From assembly GCA_965235115.1 (NCBI GenBank), contig OZ249440.1, positions 32,676,001-32,740,000 of the forward strand: a stretch of DNA of 64,000 nt, given 5' to 3'. The stretch is from Laetmonice hystrix (taxonomy: Eukaryota). A program made the position numbers and the translations under genes. The notes beneath the pieces were generated by a model. That model saw only the letters and a list, made by a program, of their open reading frames with translations. It had not been told where the DNA came from and did not search any database. The number at the start of each line of letters is the position of its first letter. Within the stretch, counting starts at the first letter, position 1. Shown here in pieces: positions 36,504 to 49,547 of the stretch.

Positions 36504-37997
36504 AGGCAATCGCGCCATTTGTTTATGCGCATCATCGTTGCGCATGTTGAGCGAGTGTAGCCGCGCCCGGTAATACGTGTTTTGCACCACTCAAGTCAGT
36601 TCGCGCTGCGCGGTATTTTTGTTTGGCGGCCGACTTCGACCTTATAAGCAAGAGTGTTCCCATCTATATGACTGAATATGCCTGCAAAGCATAAATGAAG
36701 GTTTATAAAGCAATCAGAGAAAGTGAGGAGGGGAAATTTACAGAAATTCCCGGGAAGCTGTGTAAGGAATGTAGGCTCTTCGGAAACATCAGAAACCACC
36801 CAAGCTGTAGTGACTCTGGCCCGGCGACGCTCTGCGAAGAGGTCCGTTATCGCAACTTTGCGGCCTTCGTTTCAATACTAAACTTCTTCCACTGAGCATG
36901 AAGTCGATATTTTCAGAGAGCAACGGCAATTAAATTTCTATTCCGACCTTGATTATGATTATTGGACAAATATAACGTCCACACGGTCCGGTAGTTTACG
37001 AGCAAGTCGGGCCCGTAGCTCCGTCAGCCATCTGCAGCGCACCGGGTGACTGGGTCACCGCTCGTCGTATACGCGCTGGGACAGGGCCTAGCCAGTAGGC
37101 CCTATACTCTACGTGAAATGCCAAGTGCTGTGGTATAGGCACAGTGCAAAGTCGCACTTGTCTCAGTAATCTTTGGAGAACCGTTGGATCTTTTTTTCCA
37201 TTACTTATGTACTGAAATAGGCCTATGTGTACAGAGTGAAGCAGGATGGTTAGTAGTAATATCAAAGCAGAGCAAAATATGGGCACATTTTATCTGAGCA
37301 CTAATAGGCCTACAGTTGCACTGATGGAGACATATTACAATAAATTTGTTATATATTTGTACCTTTTCATATCCATATCTTCAAACCGTCAATATTTGAA
37401 AGGATTTTAATATTTAATATAACTAGGATGTCTATTTTGCATAAAAATAGAAATTCCTACATTTGACGTGTAAAAATCAGTTTTTGGCCAAACTCCGGGG
37501 TAAACAGAGCGTGTTACTAAAAAAATAAGCACGGTGACCCCTATTTTTTCTTTGTGCATATGATAACGCAGCCTCTCCGGCATACGCTGCTTAAATGTTG
37601 AAGAATTGTCAACGTTGAATTTTTTTTGGCACACGATTTACCGATCTGACTGCCAAAAATTAACATTTCAGTTGAATTATATGTATCCTGGAAACACCCC
37701 AAAACCTGCATTTTTTAAATTTCTTTGGTGTATTTTCATTAACCCATGTCTCCTGATTAAACTGGTGTCGTCAAGTGATTTATGATTCTGAATAAATACA
37801 AAAAAAAATGAATTTATGTTGTGTTGAATAGTTCTACCTGATTTCCAAATTGGCCACAAGGTGGCAGTGCTGTCACTCTCAGGTTTCCACGGTGACCATA
37901 TATTTTTTCATGTTTTTGTAAAGAAGACATATAGATCTTCACTTCTACCAAATATCTAAGCTTTTTCAACGTCAGATCTAAAATGGCGCGATTGCCT
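36504..37997. mobile_element. TTAA-inserted non-autonomous DNA transposon (Kolobok-like), 1.5 kb
   Basis: Perfect 17-bp TIR aggcaatcgcgccattt and a TTAA TSD. The empty site gtcttaagga is present in the other LINE copy. Confidence 0.92.
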
Positions 37998-38027
37998 TTA
38001 AGGACCTTTTTAGCAATGTTAGACCTG

Positions 38028-38175
38028 GGCCCGGTTTTTTGGTTGAGCTTGAGTCAAGTTTGAGACGAAAACCTCGTCTCAAGCTCACGGCCCTATGAGT
38101 CGATTCATAGGGCCGTGAGCTTGAGACGAGGTTTTCGTCTCAAACTTGACTCAAGCTCAACCAAAAAACCGGGCC
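38028..38175. mobile_element. Fully palindromic 148-bp MITE (Harbinger-like, CTG TSD)
   Basis: ctg|ggcccggtttttt ... aaaaaaccgggcc|ctg; it is absent from the other LINE copy. Confidence 0.92.
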
Positions 38176-38504
38176 CTGGAGTGATTTTAGAGTTTTTGTC
38201 AGAGGCTGGACTTCTGACTCTTTTATAGTTCAGGCTCGTCGATAGCCCCGTTGGGCTGACAGGATGGAGTGTGTTTTAATGATATTCCCATTGGGGCCCG
38301 GGATAAAATAGGTTCCTTTCATTTCATGGTCTTTGAACCCTGTTTTCGCCGTGAATATGGCCCCGGATGCCGACACGGCGGAAAATCACCACTACTTACT
38401 CACTCACTATGTGTTTGTCGGTGAATTGTTGCACCAGTAGCTTCCAAGCTAGAATCAGAATCATCCGATACGCATGGTCTCCTCTTCTTCAAGAAGAGAG
38501 ACTG

Positions 38505-38919
38505 GCGTTAGTCTCCACTCCTTCAAGAACAGAGACCTTGTCCATTCCGCCCAGTGGTGGGCGTAAGAAATGGAGACTTTCTTCTTCCAATGGAGACTAG
38601 CTGCTGGTGTCCAATCACCTTGCCGCCTCGGTTCCGCTTCAGCGAGCAGGTCAGCAGGTGAATATCTCACATAGGCAGTTAAGCCAATGGGTTCTTCCCC
38701 CATGATAACTTTCCACGAAATGTTTGGGCAGGGGTTAGGGTTAAGGTCAGGGATAGGGATAGGGGTTAGGGTTAGGGATAGGGATGGGATAGAATTTAGT
38801 TTCCTTGTCAAAATGTATACACCTGCTCTCATTTTTCAAGAAGAAAGTCTCCATTTCTTACGCCCACCACTGGGCGGAATGGGCAAGGTCTCTGTTCTTG
38901 AAGGAGTGGAGACTAACGC
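38505..38919. repeat. 82-bp inverted repeats enclosing a degenerate (TTAGGG)n-like tract
   Basis: Arms 38505-38586 and 38838-38919 have one mismatch. gggttagggttaaggtcagggatagg.. spans about 38731-38790. Confidence 0.8.
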
Positions 38920-40727
38920 ATCATGTTTCCTCTTCACTGGAGTAACGCATCATGTTTCCTCTTCACTGGAGTACATTTCTAGAGTCCCTCTCTGAAGATG
39001 AGTTGGCTAAGGTTGTTTCAATACATGCAAAGGAGTTAAACTGTGACAAAATTAACATCAACTCCTTTCAAAAATGCTGCATGTTAGCAGAGCTGGCTGA
39101 TCAATACAGAGATTACTGTAAGAGAACAAACTTGGCAAATGCAAGATTCTGGCTCTCTCTCGCTCTCATAGATACTGTCCGCATCCTTTGGAGATTAGAG
39201 AGGGCCACAAGAGAAGGGAACTTTCAACTGCACCTGTCTGCAGTATCAGACATGCTCCCTTATTTCTTTGCATATGATCATCACAATTATGCCAAGTATT
39301 AAACAGACTACAGGTGTGATATGGCGGACTTGGCCTCAAAGCATCCAGAGGTTCATGCTCATATAAGTCAAGATGGTTTGAGTGTTGACAGAGAAAAAAA
39401 CAAGGACTGATCATGATAAGACAATTGAAGAAACAATCAACCGAGATTCTAAAACAAAAGGAGGCATAATTGGATACAGTAACAGGACACAAAGTGTGGG
39501 GAAATGGAGACATACAGCAGCACAAAGAAGTGCAATATGCACAGATCTTTTTCACGGCCTTGCCATGACAGATGAAGATACACACAAAGACTGTACACAG
39601 GTTAGAATGAAGTTGGATGAAAAACTTATCCGTTGTGGGATTGACATCATCGAGAATTGGGCCAATCCATTTTCTGGGCAGCAAGAAATCACCCACTTGT
39701 ATAGTGGATGCATAGTCTCAGAGATATTAAAAGCAGATTTGCTGGGGGCTCATTCTTTGGGCAAGGCCAAACTACAGGAGTTCATTGAAGACAGACTGAT
39801 CTCTCAAAAAGTTGACTTTGACGCACCAATGAAAAAAATGAAGCTTGCCACATTTCCTACTATGGACGAAAAATCCAACAGCGAAGAAAAACATCAAGTA
39901 CAACATGATGCCTACATTCTCACTCAGGCCCAAGCAGCCACTCATACAAACAAAAGTGGAAGATCTATGTGAGTATGAGTTAGACATGATACCAAGATCG
40001 TTGGCCAAAATTGATGGAAATCCAATGCAGACAAACAAAAGTAAATTTGGCCGATTATTGGAAGATAAAATTGATGGCAATTGTAACGCCGCCAATCGAA
40101 GTACATGGGTTTTCGATGGAATGATGGTAATCCACACCATTGGCAAAGTAACTGGAACTTTTGGAGACTTTGCTTCTGCGATATTTCGCTACATTACTCG
40201 ACCCAGGAACAGTGGCAGGATTGATTTTATTCTTGATGATTATTCCAACCTCGAGGGATCGATCAAGTCGTTTGAGTGACAAAGGAGAATGAAAAGCACC
40301 GGTAGCATGATATAAAATCAGGAACTCTTCTCAGATTCTGCCTGAACAATGGGAAAAATTTCTTGCTGATGGAAGGAACAAGAATGACCTCGCAGAATTC
40401 CTGATTGATGAGTGGAGCGCTTCATCTTATGAAAAGAAATTGCATGGACTAACAATCTATGTTGGGCACAAAAGTAGATGTGTTAAAATATCAGCATCTC
40501 AGGGTGAAGTGCAAGTTTCAGAGTGCCAGAGCTTCAAAATGAATTTGAAAAGCCGACTGCAAACTGATGCTGCATGCCAAACATGCAGCATTGGACAGAA
40601 TGGGAGTTGTCATCAGATCTGACGATACACATGTCCTAATTCTCTCAGTCTATCATGCTAAAAACATTGAAGGTCAGCTTTACCTGTGTAGAGGGAGGCA
40701 GACATCCTCTCGCTATATTGACATTAA

Positions 40728-41968
40728 AGTAATGGCCTATTCTCGAATTTTTCCAGTATCACACTGGTTCTGCCTTATCCTAACTGAAGAGAAACATGTA
40801 ATCTTAGCAGATTTGCCCCAAAAGCGATCTATTTACTTGTAATTATTGCGAAATTTCATGAGCAAACCTGCACACCTCGATCGGTTCTGAAAAACACGGC
40901 ACGTGTTTTTCAGTATGATGTTTTTACACTCATCCACTCACACAAACGTGATGTCGTACACACTTTCACTTCGAGCCAAGCACTGTCCCCCAAGATGCAT
41001 TGCGCTAGACGAAATCGAGGGTCGCACCTGCCGGGGGGGGGGCTTTCCCAACGACATGCCACTTGCGTGGCTTGCGAGCTACTACAACTGAATCAGTGAA
41101 GAATCGTAAGAAGTATGCTCAGAGTCAGGATAGATCGAAACGCCGCGTCTATTATCGGGGCTGCTTTTAATCGCTGGGTGAATTTACGGGAAGTTATTGG
41201 CTTTCGAGCAGCTTACAATGCCGGTGTTGCTTCGGTGCTAGGCTAGGCTAGGGTACCACACAGCCAACGTACTAGTGGCCCCCGGCTGGTGGCGTGTTGC
41301 CGGTATGTCCAAACCGTCATACCTCCCCGCAGAACACATTTCATTAGCCTTCGACCAGCTTTAGGAACCGAACCAAAGTACCATCATTTTATGGAATACA
41401 TTTCCAACCAGTGCGGCAGATGGTCAACCTACGACTGGTCTATGCCTGTGACTGGCCGTGGACGGTGAGTACGCCGGGCGGTAGAGCCGGGCGGCCGGCC
41501 GCGAGGCGAGGCTCAGGCGGCAGAACAGGAGATTACAACCGCTCTTATGCTGGATTATCAACAGCAAAACATATCACCCTCGGAGGCCCACTCGTCCCCC
41601 CTCCTGTCTACATAATGTGAATACGACAGATATATTTTGTTGTATTACAAAAGTTAGGTCTGGGCTACTTTGCTGGGTGATCGAAATAGGCTTGCTGAAC
41701 GATGATGACGCCATCTTGTTTGGCTGCGTCATCAGACACTGCGTAGAAAGTCACGTGAGGGAATTCCCTTCCAGTTCAAATCCAATGGTGGTGGAATCAT
41801 TGCACGTTTTTCTTTCGATTGATCGCGATTTTCGGTTATACTGCAAGTAGCACGCAGGTATTGTCCCTATTGGACATTGCAAATATTTGTACACGTCTTT
41901 GGTAACATGCAGGAAGTAATATTAGAAAATCGTTAAAATTTTTCTACATTCCACGCTATACTATGACT
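40728..41968. mobile_element. TTAA-inserted element (Kolobok-like) with weak TIRs
   Basis: ttaa|agtaatgg ... ctatgact|ttaa. Removing it restores the Academ frame RYIDIK-KLRATLG. Confidence 0.85.
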
Positions 41969-42142
41969 TTAAGAAATTGAGAGCCACACTCGGAGATGGT
42001 GTGTCTGATGCTTTACCTGGATTACATGCGTTGACTGGTTGCGACACAACAAGCAGTTTCTTTGCTAAGGGAAAAGCAATAGCCTACAAGACTGAAAACA
42101 TCAAAGCTCTGGATGGAAGCAATGACAAAGCTGGGGGAAGAA

Positions 42143-42737
42143 TAGCCTCTCATATAGGCCGTGTGTACGGCCTATCGTCTAGCGAACGGGCTACGAGAAC
42201 AAACGTTCAAAGCGCAGAGTGAATGTGCTAGAGCACCTCTTCCATCACTTCAAATAAAAGATTGCCTTTACCTTCAGCTACTGAGCCCAATGAACTTACT
42301 TGGTGTTCCTCTAAGCAACAGATTCGGCCCATTTTCCAAACCAAGCGACCACTTTCCATAGTCTTACAACCGGCGCCATTTTTAAAACCCACATCCGGGT
42401 TCAAGCTCACGAAGGGAGCAGTCATTTCAGACGTTGGCTATTAGTTTGGCGCCATAATGGAGGAATTGCTGTTTGGTCTAGAATAATGAATGCTCCCCTG
42501 CTGGTCGCCAGTGCACATATTTTGAACATGCGCAGTAGAACAAATAGTATGGCGGCTAACGGCAGTGAACCAGCGCGATTCGGAATTTCGAAAGTCTGAT
42601 TTATTAAAACTTTGGGCAAAAATCCTCGGAAAAGTGTGCAGCAGAGGAACAGAAGATGGGCTGCGTTAGACACCTCAACTGGCAGTAGTTACGATGGATT
42701 TTGCACAGCGAATGATTGACATAGGATACTCCGTCTA
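42143..42737 (+). mobile_element. AcademH-like non-autonomous element, family A copy 1
   Basis: TAG..CTA termini and a 9-bp TSD ggggaagaa; a second copy lies at 55455-56098. Confidence 0.88.
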
Positions 42738-43515
42738 GGGGAAGAAGAACTTGTTGACGACACATTGATACACTCTGTAGAGAAAGTCATTGTGCGTTTA
42801 TACTACAAAGATGAAGAAACCCCTGGGAATGCAAGGTACAAGATGTGGATGAAGAATCCTAAATTGTCTCTAGCTAGACTGCCACCTACACACGATAGCC
42901 TTAAACTCCACATCATGAGGTCGTACTATCAAACTAGATTATGGAAAGGTGCACTAAATCAAAGCTTCACACTTCCAAAGAAAGAGGATTCAGGTTTGAA
43001 AATCAATCAAGGTAAAATTGAAATTGTTTGGATGGCTTCTCCTCCTTCTCCCCGGATGTGCTTCCAGAGGAGCTCCGTCATTACTGCCCTGATTAGTGGC
43101 CCGTATTCTTTACAAGTGGAAGCACCTTTTTTACACTAACATATATTGCTTCAATACAAAAGGTTAAAGCGGCATCGTTAGTATCTTCGAGAATAAAACA
43201 CTTACCTGTCCCCTATAGCAACCTATTGGCATATATATGAAGACACACTGTTACTGCAAACTAAAACTCAGACCGTAGCCAAAACATGATAATTAATAGG
43301 AGTTTGAATTTGCCTCCGCTCTCCGAAAGGGGCGCTGGAAATCGCTCCACAAGGTATCGCTCCACAATATTTGATCATCATCATACGCTTGCTTTGTAAA
43401 TATGCCTCAGAGGGCTTTCAAATGACGAAAGTCGATGTATGCAACAGAATCAGCTAAAAAGCTGAGAAAGAAGGAGTTGGACAGAAGACGTGACAGTGCT
43501 CGTGGCATTGAAATA

Positions 43516-45965
43516 CAGTGTCCGAAATTAGCACCCGCCAACAGGCCAACCGCGGGTGAAAATCAATGTGGGCGGGTAAAACCACAAAGTCACCCTTCCG
43601 CCATGGCGGGTGATGAAAAAATGGCCAAGAAAGAACTCTAGGGCATTTCCAAGTAGGCCTACCTTTCAGCGGTTTAAGCCTGGCTCAATCACACCTACTA
43701 ACTTGGCTCAATCACACCTATTGGCCTTAGCTCAGTAACACATACTTAAAGCTTAAATTAGAGCAGGGATATGAAATACCAATTTATATTTGACATGATT
43801 GCATGGCCAATGACCAGGGAACAATTTAGCTCACAAAGCACTACTTTCACTAAGTTCCAAGTTCCAAATCCCCCTGCGGCCATTTTTCCAGTCAAAACGG
43901 CAAATGTTTCAATTTGTTTTGGTAATTTTGAAAAGAAATATTAAAATTTAACATAAGGCTTATCAAGAGATAAAATACATCCAATCTTCTATACGTCAGT
44001 TAAAGGTCTATAATTGCATGCTTTTTAGAATCCCAATCTGGTTCTGTCCAACCCGAACTATATACATTCGCAAGGAACTGGCCTGATACCCGACAGATGA
44101 CTCGTAATAACGGAGACCACTTGGGACTCTTTTGCCTCACGACTTGTGTGCGGACCGCGACCTGTTCACACCCTGACCGTGACGTAAGTAGCATGTTATT
44201 CTTGCGCCAAAGACGAAAGTGAGGCTCCATGTGCTTAGAGGGGATTCCCCAACATGTGCTGAGTTGTAAAGTAAACAGACATCCGTACTTTCGTCTCATT
44301 ACTTGCTGCAACGGTTGAACGGCAGCATGCCACGTACGGGACGTCCCTTAGCTTAGGGCTATCTTCTGCGATACTCCAACAAGTCAGCGTTTAGTCTCGA
44401 CGTCCATACGGACTCTGACCGTCGAGTACAAATAGTCTACACCGGGCTGGCAGCGAGGGTGTCTGGACGTTTCGAGCGCGAACCAGTTCGAGCGCCAACG
44501 CCGACCACTTCGAGCGCGACTATTTCACAACTCGGCCTGTATTTCACAACTTCCGTTCTCAGAAGTCGGCAAGAATTGTATCCCTATCTTTCCTATGATG
44601 ATACCAGGCTATTATTCATATTGCGACATTGACAGGGCCCTCCCTAAGCACGCTTGACTGTCTCGATCGAAATCTACCCCCGATCGAAATCGGCCGCGGA
44701 CGAGAGGGCGTAGCATGCGGGCGGCTCCACCGGCGGAGCCCCGCTTAACTCGTTGCCGCTCGAGTGCTATCCTGCCGGGGTACTATCTCGGTCCTATCGC
44801 GCATCATCGCCTCAAAGTCATGTTTCAGACCACTTTTGGCACTGAAACTTGCTGAGAGTACACAAAAGAGGTTACTTCAACAGATACGTAAATGTATTTT
44901 GTTGGATGTTATTCTTAGTAGATGAAATTCTCTGTTCAAATACAGCGCAGCGCCGGCGACGACTTGGTGTGCGTATTTCCGACCTCTAGATCTATACTAT
45001 AGACTAACGTTAGTATGGATCCGGAACGGATAGCATAAGTAGGTCGCGCTACGTGTTCAAGCAGACAATGACAGCACAGAGTGAAGCAACCCGTTTCGGT
45101 TACTAGTCCTGAGCGATCTAACTTTTATTAGTTCCCAGTCACTCGGTGCGCCTGCCATGCATTTCAGCGATGGACGCATTATTTACGGGAGGCTTGCTGA
45201 GATTCTACTCGACAGGTGCGATTTTAATTAGACGTTTGGTCACCCGCGAAATCGGCCGGCGCTTGTAGAGGGCCTCAGCCGCATACAATCAAAGTCGTTA
45301 CCGATGCCATCTTCAATCTTGTCTGAATGTGTCTCAATGCGCAAGAACGGATTAACGGTGCACGGCTGAAGAATTCATGTTAATATGTCCAGATTAGCGC
45401 TCCTTTCTCAGCTAAAAGGCAGGTACGACCTAGGATAGCGTTCTGCTTGATGTTTACAGTGTTTGGCGGAAATATAGGAAAATTGTCAACATTGGCTGTA
45501 TTGTAATTGGTTTAATGATTCGTGATGGGGAACTATCAACAATTCAATATAAGCAGTGACCTAGTCATGATCTTAAACTAAAACCTAAAATGACCCGTCA
45601 AAAAAAGGATGCTCCGTGGGGGAAAATATATTTTTGAGAAATCCCTAATAAGCGATGACTTATCTTATGAAATGCTTCATATATAAGTTTATTTAAATGG
45701 CCATATCTTTGCAACCAGTTTGAATTTTTATGTGATTTTTGTCAGTACCTGTCATTTAAGGATACGGGAATTCAGAATCTACAAAAATCTGTACTTAACC
45801 CCCCAGTGACTTAGATTACCTGTATGGCTTTGTACCCCAATTCCCATGCACGATGGTTTTACTATGGGGAAAGTGATGGGCTAGTAAATTTCTTTGTGGG
45901 CTAGTGAATCCCAGCATTCACTAGCCAGTTCGGCTGGAAAAGAAAAAAGTTAATTTCGGACACTG
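43516..45965. mobile_element. hAT-like non-autonomous element with a 5-bp TSD (hAT5-type)
   Basis: Perfect 15-bp TIR cagtgtccgaaatta, with aaata directly on both sides. Confidence 0.8.
44004..45063 (+). mobile_element. TTAA/AG-start element copy 2, nested in the hAT-like element; right end not resolved
   Basis: Homologous to 16154-17774, with extra blocks at ~44180-44238 and ~44455-44762. Confidence 0.75.
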
Positions 45966-46973
45966 AAATAGATCGGTGGATGGCCTAGAAACCCCACGTC
46001 ACCTGAGTGTGTGAGAGGCGCTGAAACTGAACGTGGGAATTCCCTTTGCACGGTTATCCAAAATGGCCAAGCGGTTCGAAGGTAGAGCGTTAGATTCCAA
46101 TGGAGCCAGCTGAGCGTTCCCACATTACCTTTGGTTGGTCTCACTTCAATTTATTTGAGTTTTACATGTGACACTAAGCTGATTTATATGGCAGGGTGTC
46201 GATATTACAGGTTTTAAAAACAGTGTGCCTTTAAAGGTATGCATACTCCGGATTATTGATTCCTGTTACCATTACTGTTACTACATATGGAACAGGTTGC
46301 CATGGAAACCTTATTGTAAATATTAAACCTCATAAAAATCAACAAATGTTATATGAGAATATAAATTCTCGCCTCAACAGAATCCCTTCATTTTCATGTT
46401 GTTCACTTAGGCATAACACGTGTGTAAATTTCTGGAACTCTGATTACACTATTAGAATTCAATACATTGGTAAATCATTACGATGCCTTGCTTTAGTGTA
46501 TGCTAAGTGCCTGTTTGTGAAGAGTCTAGCCCCTGTATTGGTTACCATGGTTTTGCATATGAATAGAGGGAGTTTATGGTATATTCCATAATAACAGTAG
46601 TCTGCATAGTTTGATAACATATAAAAAAACAAAAATGTAAAAATAAACGCATTTTTGTTTTTCTGTTGCCATGGATACAGCGCAGAATAGATATTTGATA
46701 TTGATATTGCTGTGCTCTGCCAGAATACAAAGGAATCTACCATACTGTTAACACGGGTTCACCACTTTCCCCTGAATGTTTAAAGTGGTTGCCATGGAAA
46801 CAAAATTTTATGACAATAAACCCACCCAAAAAACTAACTTGAGAAATGGAAAATTCAGAAAAGAAATGCTCCAGGAAAGTTTGTTAACTATAGAAAAGAA
46901 CATACCGACTGGATGAAAAGCTGTCTGCATTGCGCACCAAGCATATTCCTCCTCGCCATCCAGTGGAGACTTA

Positions 46974-47325
46974 AGGCCCGGCCCCATATACCCGATTCCC
47001 TCTGACCCGATGGTCGACGATCATCGGGTCGGTATGTGGGGCCGGGGTCATCGGGCCTAGTCTGGTGTTTTGTCCCCGATCAAACCATCGGTCGGTCATC
47101 ATGAGATGTTGAAGATGACCGACCCGATGGTTGGGGTCATGACGTTGTCATCGCGTATGTGCGGCCAATACTCCAATCGTAGCTAATCACAGCACAGGCT
47201 ACGTCCGGCCATCTAGACGGTTATGTTGGGCCACCCTTGTGATTTCGGGGTCCGACTGATTAGTCGGCAGTGCCTGGGTCGCCGACCATTGGGTCGGAGG
47301 GTATCGGGTATATGGGGCCGGGCCT
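46974..47325. mobile_element. PIF/Harbinger MITE
   Basis: Perfect 23-bp TIR aggcccggccccatatacccgat and a TTA TSD. Confidence 0.92.
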
Positions 47326-48890
47326 TTACGCTTTGACCTTCTGTTGTTAAGTGGAATTTTCCTCTGCATACCCAGAAAAAGCTGACATGAAAAATCCGCA
47401 GGGAGCGCTGCAAGCGCTAGTATCGCTCGTTACCTTTGTTACGTCGCAATGGACTGGTGATTGTTGCACCCATTGTGTCGTCACGATTATTCCATTTTCG
47501 GCCAGTGAGACGACTGAGACGATTTCTCAACTGAACCAAAGCTCAATCTCAACTAAAAAACCCCGATTTGATCTCCACCGAGACTCACCATGGCATGAGA
47601 TGAGATGAGCATGAGTCTGAGACGATGACCAAAAAACCGGGCCCTGGTCTTGAAAGGAATTTATTTTAGCTTTTTTTCTGAAGCGGGACTCCCCCAGTTT
47701 CTTCCATACCTAACATGTTTCATGTCAGTGAAAACAGCTCAACTTCAACCCCCCCATGTAAACGAAAAAATTTCCTCGGAATTCCTTGAAACATACCTTG
47801 CCGGGTACAGTACATTGTCGCCATCTGTCTATTAATCGTGCAACTAGAGTATCTCCCATTATTGTGGTGCTGAGCACCGTTGATAATGTTGTGACATGCG
47901 GAAAATGCCCTCGCCTTCCCGTTAAAAGGCTGGTCTGGGTCCTTATACTTCAACCACACCATGTAAATAGGAAAAAATTGTCAGATTGCTACGATTTTTT
48001 GAGAGAATACCTATAAAACCTCTCTGGTTCGAACAGCGATCAGGCAAATGGCACTGCTATACTTTACCGCCCTCTACAGGGAATTTAAATAATCTCTCCA
48101 TTCGATTTGGCTGTGGGCCCAATGGGCCGGAACTGCGCATGCGCAAGGCGCCCGTCATGAATTTCTGGACATGTTATAACCCAGATACCGTGAACGACAG
48201 AAGGTCAAGAAGGCAGGGGGCAAGTCTGTTGAAGAAGTACAAGCAACAGCAGCACCAGCTGAGGCAACAGTGGCTCCAAAAACATTGATAAGGAAACGGT
48301 ACTGACAGCTCTATCAAAGAATGTAATATGTGGGTGAAAAATCTGTCAAGTATTCTCTCTGTAAGATAATGGATGCACAGTGCTTCAACAAAATTTTGAA
48401 AATGCCAAGGGACATGGGAATTTTGTCCATTTTTTTAAAGATTTATAACTCGGCTCCTAATCATACAAGGTATAAAAAGTATATACTGACAGAAAGGTAA
48501 TTGTCTTCTGGTTCTAATGGTGTATAGTATCATCTAATTTGGACATTTTGGCTGAGGTTATGGCCTCGAGAACACCCAAACCCAGACCACCGGGGGACTC
48601 CCGGTTTTTAACCTGATCCCACGTCCCCCCGGTATGTCACAGATTTTCTCACGGTAAATTGAAAACTCATGTATGTACACAAATGTACACAAAACACAAA
48701 GTTTAAATATAAAGAAAAAATTTTGAGTATGTTTTTAAGTAGTATAGGTTCCGATATGCAACGCAGAACACTAAAAAAGGATAGATACAGAGTAAAGAAA
48801 CAACATAAAGGAGCTGATGTCTTAGGACAGTTGCAAGAATAAAATATAAATAACAACTAGTTTTTAGTGTTTTTATTTTAAATTTATTAA

Positions 48891-49230
48891 AGGTGCTATT
48901 CGTGAAAAAGAATTCAATTTTTTTATTTTTTATTTTGTTGACGTTTATGTGATCCCACCTATCATGGAAATAGATTCACAATAAAGGAAATCACAATTTG
49001 TCATGGATAACGGCACAAATGGGGCTCTCTCAGAAGGCCTGTGGACACCCTGACACGCCCCACCATAGGAAATGGCTCTATCTCGGTGCGCACCGAGATA
49101 GGTTTCAAATGCTGCACACAAACTAATAGAAGGTTTATCAGGCCAATGGTATCGGTAGGAATTTTTTCTAGTACTATGTGCACAATGTATGATAGGAGAA
49201 ATGCCATTCTGTGCGAGACGAATAGCACCT
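48891..49230. mobile_element. TTAA-inserted MITE (Kolobok-like)
   Basis: Perfect 13-bp TIR aggtgctattcgt and a TTAA TSD. Confidence 0.88.
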
Positions 49231-49547
49231 TTAAACTGATGGTATGTAAGTTGTGTACTTCATGTTAGAATGTAGTGGCTCCATACTAAGGTTTCCCCCA
49301 CGCATAGGTCTACATCAGCTTCATAATGTAATCTCCAGGTTTTTCCCAAAAATCTCCAGGTTTTCCCCGAAAAATCTCCCGGTTTTCCTCCCAGTTTTTG
49401 GACACCAACTTTTAAAAATCCCCCGGTTTCTTCTCTCTGTATAGGTTGGCATGTCTGCAAACCCCTGGATTTCATCAAAGTGACATGTTTAGAAAATCTG
49501 ACCCATATTATGGCATAAATAACTACACATGTATTCATTTTTTACAG

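Larger units (their letters stand above)
36096..38408 (+). mobile_element. 5'-truncated I-group LINE (RNase H end, Cys/His finger, 3' UTR, (ACTC)n tail) with two nested insertions
   Basis: GIPGNEQADKTAK, RCRIGHSRLTH, PPECYGCQCPLTLKHILLEC; matches the minus-strand copy at 50953-51620. Confidence 0.9.
38975..43070 (+). pseudogene. Second, distinct AcademX-type protein remnant, interrupted by two insertions
   Basis: RATREGNFQLHL..YDHHNYAKY, DKTIEETINRDSKTKGGIIG, VFDGM, RIDFILDDY, MLHAKHA..VIRSDDT, LHALTGCDTTSSF..KGK, LPPTHDSLKLHIMRSYYQ. Confidence 0.85.

Noticed and set aside
36504..37997. piggyBac assignment for the TTAA elements
   Set aside because: The termini are AG..CT rather than CC..GG.
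38731..38790. True telomere
   Set aside because: It is short, degenerate and internal to inverted repeats.
42161..42673. Apparently conserved small ORFs repeated at 55415-55934
   Set aside because: The similarity reflects two recent copies of one non-autonomous element, and the ORFs have no domain features.
34791..49457. One giant hAT bounded by cagggttgccaac and gttggcatgtctg
   Set aside because: The ends differ and the flanks (tgtgaaga vs caaacccc) form no TSD.
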